A DNA stretch of 45,435 nucleotides from NCBI RefSeq assembly GCF_001194135.2, contig NC_068983.1, positions 156,136,869 through 156,182,303 on the forward strand. Reading direction: 5' to 3'. This DNA comes from Octopus bimaculoides. Its lineage: Eukaryota. A program made the position numbers and the translations under genes. This document shows positions 1-13,739 of the stretch, piece after piece. The stretch's first letter is position 1; every line of letters starts with the position of its first letter. Below the pieces are notes generated by a model. That model made no database searches. It saw only the letters and a program-made list of their open reading frames with translations, and was not told where the DNA came from.

Positions 1-30
<30 letters not shown>
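1..30. repeat. (AC)n microsatellite
   Basis: Directly visible dinucleotide run at the window start. Confidence 0.97.
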
Positions 31-35
<5 letters not shown>

Positions 36-286
36 AATGTATATATGAATGCATGTGTGTGTGTAAATATTTATTTAACATTTAATTTACCCGAAGAAAA
101 TATTTCTTCTTAAAGCTATAATTGCTTTGTTGATGAATATAAGCACACGTTCGTCTGAAACAGCTGTAGTGAAACTTAACGCATATATATATATCATATC
201 GTATACATATATATTTCTATATAATGCGTATGCATATATATTTCGTATCTATAAAAGGAGCAATTTTACATTCTTATATTTTCTTT

Positions 287-620
287 GGCATGTTTCAGTG
301 GTTCACGCGTCCGGCTTAGAGTCTTCACGTTGTGATTTCGATTCCCGGGGCTGTATGTGGTGTTCTTCAGCAATACACTTTATTTCATGTGCTCTAGTTC
401 ACTGAACTGTAGAAAGGATTTATGACATCACTGTTGCCAAGCTGTATCAGCATCTGCCTTTCCCTTGGACAACTTCGGTGTAGAGAGAGGAGACTGGTAT
501 GCATGGCTGATTGCAGGTCTTCCACACACAAACCTCTCCTGACTTGTGCCTCGGTGAGCAATTTCTAGGTGCAATCCAATGGTCATTCGTGACCAGGGGA
601 ATGGGGTCTTTACCCTTTGC
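287..620 (+). mobile_element. tRNA-derived SINE, family 2 (decayed)
   Basis: Head has A-box-like tttcagtggtt and B-box-like gatttcgattcc, followed by gtggtgttcttcagcaatacactttatttca. The same segment occurs inverted at 24240-24350. Confidence 0.7.
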
Positions 621-949
621 CCATTAAGCTATCTTATTCCTCCTAATTTCTTCTGTGTTGCGCAGGAAGACACATATTGTTTTTTTAGACAGAACATAGC
701 GTACATAATTCTGTACATCCAAAAGTAAAATAAGTAATAATTGCTATTACAAAACGTTTGAAGACAGAACGCGAATACAATTTAATAATATTTCTCCATA
801 TCTAAGATCTTAACTTCTATGATTTAACTGATTGTGTTCACCATTGGAGGAGATGTGAAACTGGGCAATTTTCCTTAATGTCTAATAAATGCTAATTTAC
901 GTCACAAAATTCATTTACTACGCATATTTCTATTATATAATTCTGGCTA

Positions 950-1180
950 AAGGCGGCGAGCTGGCAGAATCGTTAGCACGCTGGGTAAAATGCTTAGCGG
1001 TATTTCGTCTGCCGTTGCGTTCTGAGTTCAAATTCCACCAACGTCGACTTTGCGTATCATCCTTTCGGGGTCGATAAATTAAGTACCAGTTACGCCCAGG
1101 GGTCGATGTAATCGACATAATCTCTTTGTCCTTGTTTTACCCCTCTATGTTTAGACCCCTGTGGGCAGTAAAGAAATAAA
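950..1180 (+). mobile_element. tRNA-derived SINE, family 1 monomer with tail type C
   Basis: Head aaggcggcgagctggcagaatcgttagc, B-box gagttcaaattcc, body tcatcctttcggggtcgataaattaagtaccag, tail cccctctatgtttagacccctgtgggcagtaaagaaataaa. Many homologous copies occur in the window. Confidence 0.9.
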
Positions 1181-1278
1181 GAAACGTTAGCACGCCGGCC
1201 GGAATGCTTAGCGGTATTTCGCCTGTCTTTACGATTTCAGTTCAAAATCCTCCGAGGTCGACTTTGCCCTTCATCCTT
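1181..1278 (+). mobile_element. SINE family 1, second 5'-truncated monomer (runs into gap)
   Basis: gaaacgttagcacgccgg...gcttagcggtatttcg...gtcgactttgcccttcatcctt follows the previous tail directly. Confidence 0.85.
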
Positions 1279-1576
1279 NNNNNNNNNNNNNNNNNNNNNN
1301 NNNNNNNNNNNNNNNNNNNNNNNNNNNNNNNNNNNNNNNNNNNNNNNNNNNNNNNNNNNNNNNNNNNNNNNNNNNNNNNNNNNNNNNNNNNNNNNNNNNN
1401 NNNNNNNNNNNNNNNNNNNNNNNNNNNNNNNNNNNNNNNNNNNNNNNNNNNNNNNNNNNNNNNNNNNNNNNNNNNNNNNNNNNNNNNNNNNNNNNNNNNN
1501 NNNNNNNNNNNNNNNNNNNNNNNNNNNNNNNNNNNNNNNNNNNNNNNNNNNNNNNNNNNNNNNNNNNNNNNNNNNN

Positions 1577-2880
1577 ATTTATTAATAATATTATTATAAA
1601 CGAAAAATTATTATTGAATCCTTAACATTTATACTTCAGAACAAATATTTCCTATTTGATGACACTATCGTCAAAAATGCGGAATTGCGATGGGAACGAA
1701 AGTAGCCTCGCCTCTGTTCTTGCGAAACTGATAATGGGTTATTTTTAATTACATGAAGTATCACTGCAAAAATATGGTTATTCATTTCACCATTGCATAA
1801 GGGAAAAGTGGAAAAGATACCTGGATGACTGTTTTATGATTTAGAAGGAAGACTATTGAGAAACGTTTGGAATTCAAATCACCACCAAATGATATAAACA
1901 GTAACATTCAATTCACAATAGAATATAGCAAAGAACAGCTCCCATTTTTAGATATTGTGATGAAAAAAAATCAATCAACCAAATTATAACTGACATCTAT
2001 CATAAACCAACGAACTCGAAGCAATATCTCCTTTTTCGCTCATGCCACCGGAAACATATCAAAATAATACCCCCTTTAATTTGGCAAAAAGCATTTGTAC
2101 AATAGTCTCTGATAGAACTAATTGGGACCTTCGTCTTCAAAACATCAGAATAACACAAACTGAAAGACAATATCCAGCCTCACTTATAGACGATGGAATT
2201 AAGCGTGCCAAGAAATTAAACATAAAAATACTAAGAACAACAAAACATAACACCACACCGCATCTCAAAACACTACTGTATATATCAACTCACAACCCTA
2301 GAAACAATGAGGCATACAGCACTATTGTACAAAATCTTCATTTACTAACTTGAGACCCAAAAATGAACAACTAACAAATGTGAAGTTTTACACAACTATG
2401 AAACCAATGGTTAAAAAAGTTGGACGCCCAAACTGTGGAAAATGCCCCAACCTACTTGAAGGCTCAGATTTCCTTTTCAAACAAGGAGAGAGGTTCACAA
2501 TTAAAACCAACCTCACTTTTGCCTCTGAGAATCTAATCTATGTAATAACCTGCTCGGGTTGCGGACATCCCTATATAGGGCAGAGGAGTATATGACATTC
2601 AGACGGATAACCACTCTACATAAAGAGCAGATCCGGTTCCCGCAATACAGATAGATTCTCTTAAGTGTAAACATAGAGAGATATGCAAGTAACATCAAAC
2701 CAAATTTCGCAGTTTTACCCTTCTACCGAAGACACAATTTCTTTACAAGAACGTTTAAATAAAATTTAAATAAAATATAGAACACGTCTGAATACGCACG
2801 CACAACCAACTTGGATCTCTATACACATTTTAATTCACGATTACATACCCATCACTGTACAAATTTCTCCCTACTTCTCT
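1577..2880 (+). mobile_element. Penelope-like retroelement relic (RT C-terminal half plus GIY-YIG endonuclease), frameshifted
   Basis: Translated motifs: GIAMGTKVA (~1690), WKRYLDDCFMI (1809-1841), EQLPFLDIV (~1935), TDIYHKPTNSKQYL and SCH (~1990-2050), CGRPNCGKCP-like linker (VGRPNCGKCP), NLIYVITCSGCGHPYIGQ (~2530-2583). An RT followed by a CCHH-linked GIY-YIG is the diagnostic PLE architecture. Confidence 0.9.
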
Positions 2881-3929
2881 AGTTTTTGAATTTTTTTGTG
2901 TGTATATATATATACATATATATATATATATGTATATACACACACNNNNNNNNNNNNNNNNNNNNNNNNNNNNNNNNNNNNNNNNNNNNNNNNNNNNNNN
3001 NNNNNNNNNNNNNNNNNNNNNNNNNNNNNNNNNNNNNNNNNNNNNNNNNNNNNNNNNNNNNNNNNNNNNNNNNNNNNNNNNNNNNNNNNNNNNNNNNNNN
3101 NNNNNNNNNNNNNNNNNNNNNNNNNNNNNNNNNNNNNNNNNNNNNNNNNNNNNNNNNNNNNNNNNNNNNNNNNNNNNNNNNNNNNNNNNNNNNNNNNNNN
3201 NNNNNNNNNNNNNNNNNNNNNNNNNNNNNNNNNNNNNNNNNNNNNNNNNNNNNNNNNNNNNNNNNNNNNNNNNNNNNNNNNNNNNNNNNNNNNNNNNNNN
3301 NNNNNNNNNNNNNNNNNNNNNNNNNNNNNNNNNNNNNNNNNNNNNNNNNNNNNNNNNNNNNNNNNNNNNNNNNNNNNNNNNNNNNNNNNNNNNNNNNNNN
3401 NNNNNNNNNNNNNNNNNNNNNNNNNNNNNNNNNNNNNNNNNNNNNNNNNNNNNNNNNNNNNNNNNNNNNNNNNNNNNNNNNNNNNNNNNNNNNNNNNNNN
3501 NNNNNNNNNNNNNNNNNNNNNNNNNNNNNNNNNNNNNNNNNNNNNNNNNNNNNNNNNNNNNNNNNNNNNNNNNNNNNNNNNNNNNNNNNNNNNNNNNNNN
3601 NNNNNNNNNNNNNNNNNNNNNNNNNNNNNNNNNNNNNNNNNNNNNNNNNNNNNNNNNNNNNNNNNNNNNNNNNNNNNNNNNNNNNNNNNNNNNNNNNNNN
3701 NNNNNNNNNNNNNNNNNNNNNNNNNNNNNNNNNNNNNNNNNNNNNNNNNNNNNNNNNNNNNNNNNNNNNNNNNNNNNNNNNNNNNNNNNNNNNNNNNNNN
3801 NNNNNNNNNNNNNNNNNNNNNNNNNNNNNNNNNNNNNNNNNNNNNNNNNNNNNNNNNNNNNNNNTTAACACCAAATATACAGTGCGTGTGTTTTTATTGG
3901 CTAAACTGGCAATATGACCATCCCCAAGT

Positions 3930-3976
<47 letters not shown>

Positions 3977-4416
3977 AGACCAATAAGTGGACTGCTAATG
4001 TGCTAGAAGAAAATCACATGTAATGTGTCTTCTAAGACCGAATAGTTCTCAAAGAAAAAATCAAGCAAAGCAAAATATATATATTTTTTTATTTATATAC
4101 ACATATATATATATATACATGCACTCACACATACATACATATATATTTATACATACATACACATACATGCATATATATATGTATGTGTGTAAGTCTGTAC
4201 GTATGTGTGCATATGTATATATGAGTAGTCTGTGTAGGCTTGTGTATTCTATTATAAGTGTTGAAACTAAAGTTCTTTGCGTTGTGCAAACATCTAATAT
4301 TCAACTTAATACGTTAAGTACAGCGATATGAGTGTCTATGCGCGTGTGTTTATGTGTGTGTATGTGAGTGTATGTGAGTGTGTGTGTGTGCGTGCTTGTG
4401 TGTGTACATGTGTGAG

Positions 4417-4424
<8 letters not shown>

Positions 4425-4480
<56 letters not shown>
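4425..4480. repeat. compound (GATA)n(CATA)n microsatellite
   Basis: Directly visible. Confidence 0.95.
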
Positions 4481-6679
4481 CAAACGTGCATAGACGAGGT
4501 TATATGAATAGGCATGAAAGGACGTGAGCGGGTGAATATATATAAATATCTAAGAGATATTTAGTACTTCTCCACAGTATTTAATCACAGATAGCTATCA
4601 TACACTCCAGTTGGCAATTCAATGTTTCTTCTGATTGTAGGCAAACGATATATATTACGTGAGTCTCTAAAAATGCCATAACACTCAACGTTTGATAAGA
4701 GAATCAAGCAGTATTAAATTTGTGCATAATGTACTATAAACTTACTGCTATGTAAATATTACATAGCGCTCAGGAATTTGGTTACTGCTGTCATGATTCT
4801 TTTTTTTTTATAGCAAATTATCTTAAGATGAGAAACATCTACGCGATATATAACAAAATATTTGTATGATAAAGCTAGTTGGTCCGGTTAAGTAGTTAGT
4901 TGATGTGGTGGGGTAGGAGATAAAAAAAGGAAATGAAAAGAAGAGAAAGACAAACAAAAAATAACATAGTGCAAAAGAAATGTCTAATCTCTAAGTTATT
5001 TGATAATACACATAAATACTCGATTCATGCGTATACATTTACATAGACGTACACCACACATACATAGAGAAAATGTCATGCACACACAAACACATAGATA
5101 CATACATACATACATACATAGATACATACATACATACATATGTACATACATACATATAGACATATGTACGAGTGCATATAAGTAGAATTTTTTTTTTCTT
5201 AGTTCACGAACACATGATAAATTACAATTATGATGTATTAAAGAATATTCTACGTTTATATATATAACCACAGGAAACAAGTTATTGATATTTTGAGTTT
5301 TACACTACAATTGTTTGAATGATCACAAACAAACCATTTCAGGGGGTGAGGGCATTGAAACAGAAAAAAATAATGAAATATTGCCCTTATATACCAAACA
5401 ATCATGTTCCAAATACCAATATTTTAGCTTCTTTTTTCTGTTTGATTTTTATTTTTAATATATTTCTTTTTAAAGTTTAGGTTTGTTGTGATCGTTCATA
5501 TTTATCGCTTCTTCTAGATAACTGAAAGACGGTGGGTTATAATGGCCTCCTATAAAGATACAGAATAATAAAAAGATTTGAAGCAATATGAAAATCCAGG
5601 TACATGATTACTAAAAGTCATAAAAATCATATTACGTCTGGATTCGAAATACATGAAATTATTGATGAAATTCTAAATGAAATATTGGCTACCACTACAT
5701 AGATAAATTATTCATGAAGTCTGTTTAAGATATTATTCGAATTACACAATACTTCAATAATGCTTTGCTACAAGAACTCAATATTGAAGATGAAGATCTA
5801 AGAGAATATTAGATAAAATGTGATGTAATTAATCATCACAGGTTTGTATTAATTTTCCCTCCAATTTTCGTAGAATATTTATTCAGAACATATTACAAAA
5901 TAAAATTTTGACTCAACTACATGTAATTTTGTAATTTATTGGGGCATGTACCCAATGAAACTAACGACTCGTAAAGACTGCCACTAGCCGAAATGGAATT
6001 CAATATAAATTCAATAATCAAATCATCTTCGCCATGTTGATCAATGTTAATGCACGCGATAAAAAATATAATGATTGACCAAAATCTTCTCGACCGTACA
6101 TATCGATTACACAAAATCATTTTACTATATTACATAGCCTGTATTTATGAAATAATTTCCCACATGTCCAAATTGCATCGACATCAATAGCCATTATTGA
6201 AAAGTTCTCAATACTACATAAAATTTTTACCATGAAACGACTGACCGAAACAATTATATCTGCGAATGGAAGTCAATCTCGCTATCTAAATTTAAACAAC
6301 TTTGCAGTGAAAATTCGCATTGAACATTTAATTTCTCCTATTTGTCATCTGTTTTCAACGACAGTAACATAACTTTCTGTTCAAACGTACATACAAGAAA
6401 TTCGAAAAGCATGCCATAAAGACAATTCATTAGTAGCAGTAGAATAATGAAATCCTTTCTTCTAATATTGTTCTGCATCACATCTAACATTAGCAATAAA
6501 ATTATTTGAAGTACTGCACGGCTGACAGTCAGGTGCGTTTACATTACTGCGAACAAATTATATATTGGAACATCAGCATTTTTCAAGGATATCAAAATAG
6601 ATTTGTACAACTGCAAAAAAAAAAAACAGAGATAAAATTTATGCATGAATTTCGGCTTTCAGTCCAGCATCAGTTCAAG

Positions 6680-7110
6680 TTGAGATTCACTTTTCTTTTC
6701 ATCTTTAACCACCGTGATTCCTCCGGCCAGTTGGTAAACAAAGATTATTTTGAAGACTTTTGAAGGAGTTCAGGCAGAGATTTGCTTGCAAAGCGCCAGT
6801 TGCCTTACACTAGGGGCGGGAATACCTGCACAAGGACCACAATTTCATCCTATGGACCAACCTCTTGACAGAACTGGGCAGCAAACTTGTCCTCAACCCC
6901 CTTCAGTCTAGATGTTACTCACCGTGATGTTTGGTTGTTCACGAAGCTGGAAGACAACCTCGGGAGCTGTCATTTTGAAGACATTAAAAAGATGAAGGCT
7001 GGAATGAGGGGCTTGAATGTCTTCAGTTTGGAGGAGTTTCATGGAGCCATCCTGAAGTGGCTGGAGCGTTCCAAGTGCATTGAAGACAACGGATTCTAAT
7101 TTGATTAGGA
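6680..7110 (+). mobile_element. mariner transposase C-terminal relic
   Basis: PFSLDVTHRDVWLFTKLEDNLGSCHFEDIKKMK matches the mariner YSPDLAPxDFWLFxKLKxxLxGxRF motif. WLERSKCIEDNG matches the terminal WxKCIxxxG. Upstream SSGQLVNKDYF matches the GxTVNxxYY motif. Confidence 0.8.
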
Positions 7111-7491
7111 TTAAAGTTTTGTACGTCTTGGAAATGAATAAACGTCTTCCCTTAAAACGTATCAAAACGTCAGGAATGCACATTGTGTATGCATATATAT
7201 ATATACATGGAGAGAGAACGAGAAGACAGAGGGAGAGAAAGAGAGATAGAGAGAGAGGGGGGAAGAGAAGAGAGAGCTTCAGAGCTACATTAAGTTATAT
7301 ATATATATATATATATATATATAGATATATATATTTAATTATATGTATTTCTTCTATCTTAATGAATAAAAATTCTTCGGATAGAATAAATGGGTTAATA
7401 GAAACCAATGTAGCAAAGAACACAAAATAATTGTGGTGTAGTTCCTGTTTTTAAGGCAGGAACTCCTTAAAATTTTGGGTATTTGAGTATG

Positions 7492-7835
7492 TTTAAAAAT
7501 TTAAGGAATGGAGAAAACGCATGTTATAATTGCATACTTTATTCCTACATATGTTTCAAAGGATTACAACCTATGTGATCCATAGGGATCTGTGATGTTA
7601 AAATTGTAACCTTCTCTTCAGGGAATGCATGAGAATCATCTTAAACGGTCAGGGTTAGGATACTCGGTCATAATGTCTTACGTTTAAGATGATTCCCATG
7701 CATTCCCTGAAGAGAAGGTTACAATTTTAATATCACAGATCTCTATGGATCACATAGGTTGTAATCCTTTGAAACATATGTAGGAATAAAGTATGCAATT
7801 ATAACATGCGTTTTCTCCATTCCTTAAATTTTTAA

Positions 7836-7836
<1 letters not shown>
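7492..7836. mobile_element. Long inverted repeat / MITE-like foldback: 156-bp arms (7492-7647, 7681-7836), 33-bp spacer
   Basis: Manual alignment of arm 1 with the reverse complement of arm 2 gives 153/156 identity. The right arm abuts a (TA)n run. Confidence 0.85.
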
Positions 7837-7875
<39 letters not shown>

Positions 7876-9963
7876 GTATGTATGTATGTACGTATGTATA
7901 TGGTGGTGGGGAGAGTATATGTATGTTTGCATATATATATGCATCTATATTCTATATACAAATATGTTATGTATGTATATGTATGTGTGTATATATATAT
8001 AGGTATCTGAATGTGCGTGTGTGTATGTATGTATGTATGTTTGTATATATGTATGTATACGGATTCGTAAGTATATGTACGTAATTTCGCTTTAAAATTC
8101 GCCGCATTTATTATCATTTTGGAAATTTGGTCAGAGTTGAAAACGAACGGGGTTTGTTTACATGGCGGATGGGAAGCAGAGGTACCCCCCCCCTCTCTCT
8201 CACTCACCTTCTCTCTCCCTCTCGCCATGTCTCTCTGTTCCGTTGACAACGTAGATAAATATTACCGACACTTTCTAACATTAAACTCCTGAAAACTCCT
8301 TGTAGTCTGCGGACTTAGTTTTATGCCTTGAATAAATATGTATATGGATATGAATCCACTAAATATGTGTCTTTATCACGTAACCAACGATTCATTGTGC
8401 TTAATTTCTGATTTATTATTGACTAGTAAATAGCAGGCAGACTGCACTGAGCAGTTGCAATTCCAATGAGACGTTGAAACAATAATTTGTGAAAAGACAT
8501 TAGGAACGAATACAAATTTTAATGTTCCATTAAGTAATCCTAAAGTATTTATTATTTTCATTTTGTTATTTTTATTATGTCATCGAAATCAACTACTTCT
8601 TTCTAAACAATACTGCTCCAAACAAGACTTTTATGCTTTGATTTGCTCAGTTTCGTAATTTGTCATCAAAAAGACAAACAAATTGCATAATTCTGACTGG
8701 TATTTGTAGTTTCACTATTGATTATTTTTTTCTTCCTACACTTGTTTTAAATCATTCTATAGAACGTTGAAAAATGTTTTCCAAGTTGCTTGGAAAATTA
8801 GATTATACCGATCATCAAGTCTTCTAAGTAAACTAATTTTTTCATGATTTAAACCTACCTTTTAAAAATGTATTGTTTCTTTCAACTAGATTTCCTTACC
8901 TAAATGAATATATCTGTCGCAGACACTATGCCAGGTTTTTTAACTATAAATCGCTCATTCTGAGTCAGCGTTATCCTGGCTATATGTTTGAATAACATAT
9001 TTATTTCAATTGATACTACTGCTTTGAAATTAGATATAGTAATAAATTGTATAAGATTGTCAACTAATTATTTAAAAATTAAATTGATTCTAAATAAGCA
9101 TAGTTATATTTAAATCCACCTTCAAACATTTCTGTTGTTGTTTTTTTTTTTCTACTGTATTGTCTGATAACTTCTGAGTTTAAGTTAACCCCACCACTAT
9201 ATCATCTTAATGCTAAGAGACTCTGATATCTCTTCCCATCAAAACCTGTGACACTTCAAGTTTGATACTCATTATTGTTAAGCTGGTAACCCGTTGTGTA
9301 AATTGAGCTTTACTTCAGACTTTGTCAGAACAACTAAACGAATGCTCAGTAACTGCCTTCGGTAACTCTAGTAAATTCAGAATGCTCAGTAACTTCCACT
9401 GTATCATTTACACATTAAAAGACTACTAATGGTAAACCACAAAGAGATCCACTCATAGTTGCAAGTTTACAGTGATCGTTTGAAAATGTTGCCTATCAAT
9501 GGTAACAAGAAACCGTTTATCCAGTACCATAATATTTGCAAAAGAATAAACACTTTTCTGAATAACATTGTTTCTAATTTCTTTTGCCTCACAAGTACAG
9601 CTGGGGCTTTTCGTCCCTTATCAAGTAAGACAGATGTGTAATTATCGTCACTGTTGTAATTAAAATCAAGTCCTTTTACTTTCGATTTTATTTCCAACTC
9701 TATATTGCACTCACTCCCCAACTGTTCTCAATTCTAACTATTTCACCCTGATGTGCACACAATAAACCATTTTCACAAACATATCTAATTGCACTAACCT
9801 TTAAAATTTGATTGTTATTGCAGTGTATCGCTCATTTAGCAGAATCATTGTGGTTTAGAATTTTAAAGGGAAAATTTTATATTATTTTGCTAATTGCGTC
9901 AAAATCAGATATCTTTCCAGCGTTCAAAATTTTGAACGACTTTGATGTTTCTATCAATTTCTA

Positions 9964-10230
9964 TCAATATCTGTAAATATCAATATCAGTTGATGTAAAG
10001 AACCAAAAATATAGTCTTATTATATTCGAAGACCACTTTTTGGGATATCCATGACAATTTAACCCGTCAAGCGGTTTTACAACATCTAGACCATAGTCTT
10101 CTTTCGACAATTCACTAGTACACGAGGGTTTGAGAAAATGTTTCGGATATTGCCATTCCTCGATCGAATAAACCATGGGAATTCCGCTGACACACGATTC
10201 TTTGTGAATTACAGTGTTGTCGTCTGGGGA
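9964..10230 (-). CDS. Candidate terminal exon, unknown product (SPDDNTVIHKESCV...DIYRY*)
   Basis: Acceptor-like gtattttctatatttgcag precedes an 88-codon open frame. No recognised domain. Confidence 0.15.
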   Translation of the reverse strand, partial: SPDDNTVIHKESCVSGIPMVYSIEEWQYPKHFLKPSCTSELSKEDYGLDVVKPLDGLNCHGYPKKWSSNIIRLYFWFFTSTDIDIYRY

Positions 10231-11849
10231 CTGCAAATATAGAAAATACATTATTTGAACAATATATCCACTCCACAGTGCTTCTAATTGAATTTCCTAG
10301 TTTGTAGCAAGATCTAAATTTAGCTCTAATATACATTTGAGACATTATTTAATGATACAGAATATCTTCCTACTTACAGTTACAGTTTTGCATATAATAC
10401 AGCTAGGCTGACTATGACGAAGCAATTTGAAAATTAAACGTATAAGCCGTGAGCGAAGTATTAGCGACAGGATACAAATGCTTGTCACAATAAGACGAAT
10501 TTTGAAACGAAATCTAATCGCTAATTTACGTCTGTCTCGGTACGTACAGCATCCAAATATCTTAGTTAAACATTATTTCCGTTGATAAATAGAAATAATT
10601 CGTCGTTTTTCATATACCTTTGATATTCTATATTTAATCATTTGATAGTATTCTCAGTTTGGTGCTACTGATGATGTTGATGATGATGATGATAATAATT
10701 ACAGAACTTTCTCTTATTATAGGTTAGAACTTCAGACTTTTCACACGAAATTATCAATGTAAGAATGATTTTGTTATATTTGCAAAGAATGCTATCAGAA
10801 TTAATTAGAATTTCTACGTAAGTTTTCAAAATCAATGAATAAATAAATGGAGAAAAAATCTAATAGAATAAATAATGTATTTTCCTTCCAATAATACATA
10901 TATATTTTAGCCTCTCAAAAATTATACATCTTCACAAACTTTACAATGTCACTAAATAGAGAGAATAATTTATACAATCACTTGTTTATCACGAAAAATA
11001 TCAAATAAAATGAATTCTAAGTTAAGCACGAAGTTGCAAATTTAAATATGGCGATTATTCGAATATATACATTCAAGTTCTATTCTTAGACGACACAAAG
11101 ATGAAATATAAAGTTAGCCGTGATGGCATTCGATAGATGAATTTTTAAGTGATCTAAGTAAGCCCTATAAGGTATTCGGTTTAATGCAGTTTACATTTTA
11201 CAAAACCTCTAACCTCAAGACATCTAATATATTAATATGTGTGATGCTTTCGTCAGTGTAAATGTGTGATTTTTATTTAAGAAATTGTATGCTTTAATGT
11301 ACCTAGCTCCACACTGATAAATAGCGATAATTCTTTCTCACAAATTAAAGTTTCTCTAACTAGATATAGCGAACTAAACAATAAAGCGACGAATATTAAT
11401 GTACAAATGCAAAAGTTTTCTCGATATTTTAGCATTTTGCCAAGAAATTACACCGGAAACTCAGATTTTATAACGCTTAATATGAAAAGCCTTAATTTAT
11501 ATATCCATCAACTTTAAATGGTGGAACTTATTTCTAAAACATCTTGTTCATGTATATCTTTGTTTAGGGTGAGTATTTTATAAAATATTAGTGACAGACT
11601 ATTTTAGATGACATCGTGATCCAGATTGTTCTGAGCCAAAAGACGGATGTTGAAATGATTACTATAATCAGGCAAAATATTTGACCATGACCAAACAAAG
11701 ACAGGAAATAAGACCAAGCTTTCTTATAAGGCTCGGAAAACGCATCTATCACTCACTGTTTTATATGCAACAAAGACATATCATTGACCCCTTAAATTCC
11801 ACGCCCTCAATAGATGAAGTAATGACAATTTTTGTTTGCTTTGTGATGC

Positions 11850-13000
11850 CATGCTGGGACCAGACACGACACTGAAGAGACCGGAAGGAATCAGTTGCTC
11901 TCTCTAGCCTGAAAGATATTTCATCATCCAGGGAGCAAGAACGGCTGAGAGTGCTGCCCAGCTAGACAAACTTGTCTCCCAATCTCAGAATTGTTCCTTC
12001 AACCAAGATAGCTGGTTCCACAAGGATTTCCTAGTGCAGACTGGAACATTACAACAGTCTTGTTCAGGCTAATGCTGAGTCCAAATGCCTTGGAAGAACC
12101 AGGAATACGATTCATGAGTATTTGTATTGTCATCTGCATAAAGGAGGTCACGAATAAGAGACTGGCCAGAAGATCGATACCAAACATATATTCCCAGAGA
12201 GCCAACCTTAGCAAAAGGATTAGTAAAACCAGCAGAAAAATACAAAGGAAAGCGAGTTGGTGTAAATATCACCTTCTGCTTGTCACCATTCTCTACAGGA
12301 ATGGGTCCCGTCATGCCACCACCAATATTGACACAAGCGTTGATCCCATCATGAAATGATTTAATTATAGATACGAAGTGATCAGAACATCCAAGTTTAC
12401 TAAGTATTTTCCATAGCAAGGTCCTATTAACAGTATCAAAGGCCTTCGGTAATTCAGTGAATACCTCGACAAGATCCATATTCTGCTCATAACATTTTCC
12501 CTGCATCTGTGCGCTGAGAAAATCATATCCATTGTCCCTCTACCATATCAGGCCACGTTCAGATTCAGATAGGACATCATTTACGAGACACCCATTCAGG
12601 TGGGTAAGAAGAATATTTGAAGAACCTTGCCAGAAGCTGATAGTAGAGCAATACTCCTGTAGTTACCAGACATTGTCTTGGTTCCTTTCCTTTTACAGAG
12701 AGGGAGAATAATTGCATCTTTCCAGTCCTTATGTACTGCACCATCCTTCCAGACTGCACAAACAAGTTCATGAAGGGACTGTATTGATGTAATTACCACC
12801 AAATCGCAAGACCTCAGCACAAATTCCATCCTTTCTAGGTGACCGGCCATCGGCCAAGCCTGACCTTTCTTTCTTGACCGGCCATTGTGCTTGCAACATC
12901 GATATTCCTCCCTGTGCCTGTGAAATCTTGTATCCCTGCCGTAAGGCTGTATTTCCACACACACCACTATAATCTAATTTGTCCTTAGTCGAAAGACACC
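11850..13000 (-). mobile_element. RTE-clade LINE reverse-transcriptase relic
   Basis: Motifs DGICAEVLRFGG, WKDAIILPLCKRKG..GNYRSIALLSASGKVL, QGKCYEQNMDLVEVFTELPKAFDTVNRTLLWKILSKLGC, SFHDG, ENGDKQ, LIRDLLYADD, and LGSxLS..SLDDEISFRL. Multiple frameshifts. Confidence 0.9.
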
Positions 13001-13739
13001 TGTTGTTATGTTCTATTACTATTTTTATTGTATTTGTGTAACATTGTTCGTTTTTTTTCCGTCCTTGTTTTGTTATACATTCGCTGCTTTCTTGCAAGGA
13101 ATCTAATATTCCTAGCTTAGTTTTTCCTTGGGGCAGGCTAGATTGGAGCAATATTGAGTATAACCAGCCGAAATTGCAAAGATAATCTGGATCTCGACTG
13201 ATGAAAGAAAACTCTGAATGACCTGTTCTTGTCCCATGTTGTATTATTTGTGTATATATATATATATATATATATANNNNNNNNNNNNNNNNNNNNNNNN
13301 NNNNNNNNNNNNNNNNNNNNNNNNNNNNNNNNNNNNNNNNNNNNNNNNNNNNNNNNNNNNNNNNNNNNNNNNNNNNNNNNNNNNNNNNNNNNNNNNNNNN
13401 NNNNNNNNNNNNNNNNNNNNNNNNNNNNNNNNNNNNNNNNNNNNNNNNNNNNNNNNNNNNNNNNNNNNNNNNNNNNNNNNNNNNNNNNNNNNNNNNNNNN
13501 NNNNNNNNNNNNNNNNNAATACAAGAATGAACGTCTGTGTGTGTGTCCACCTATAGGAAGAAAGCCTACACCATCTATATAAAACCTAGAAGATAATTTT
13601 CGTGGAAAATTTTATGACGAAGGCAATGGAAGTAGTTCCGAGATTCTAGCGGCCCTCCGAGGGAGTTACTGTCCCTTTTTGAACATGTACATATCACAGT
13701 TCCAAAATAAATGAAGGATATAAGGAAAATAATTAAATA

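Noticed and set aside
2879-3975. Long ORFs of 320-360 aa in the ORF track (also 12768-13582, 27957-28612, 36518-37276, 38921-39541)
   Set aside because: They consist of X codons from N gaps plus microsatellite translation; they are not coding evidence.
5600-5810. Acidic helical-looking peptides (EIHEIIDEILNEIL; NNALLQELNIEDEDLREY)
   Set aside because: Short, broken by stops and frameshifts, and no family recognised; explicable by AT-rich composition.
8376-8561. WNCNCS motif resembling an LRR C-terminal cap
   Set aside because: No upstream LxxLxL repeats, no NP before W, and no convincing splice signals.
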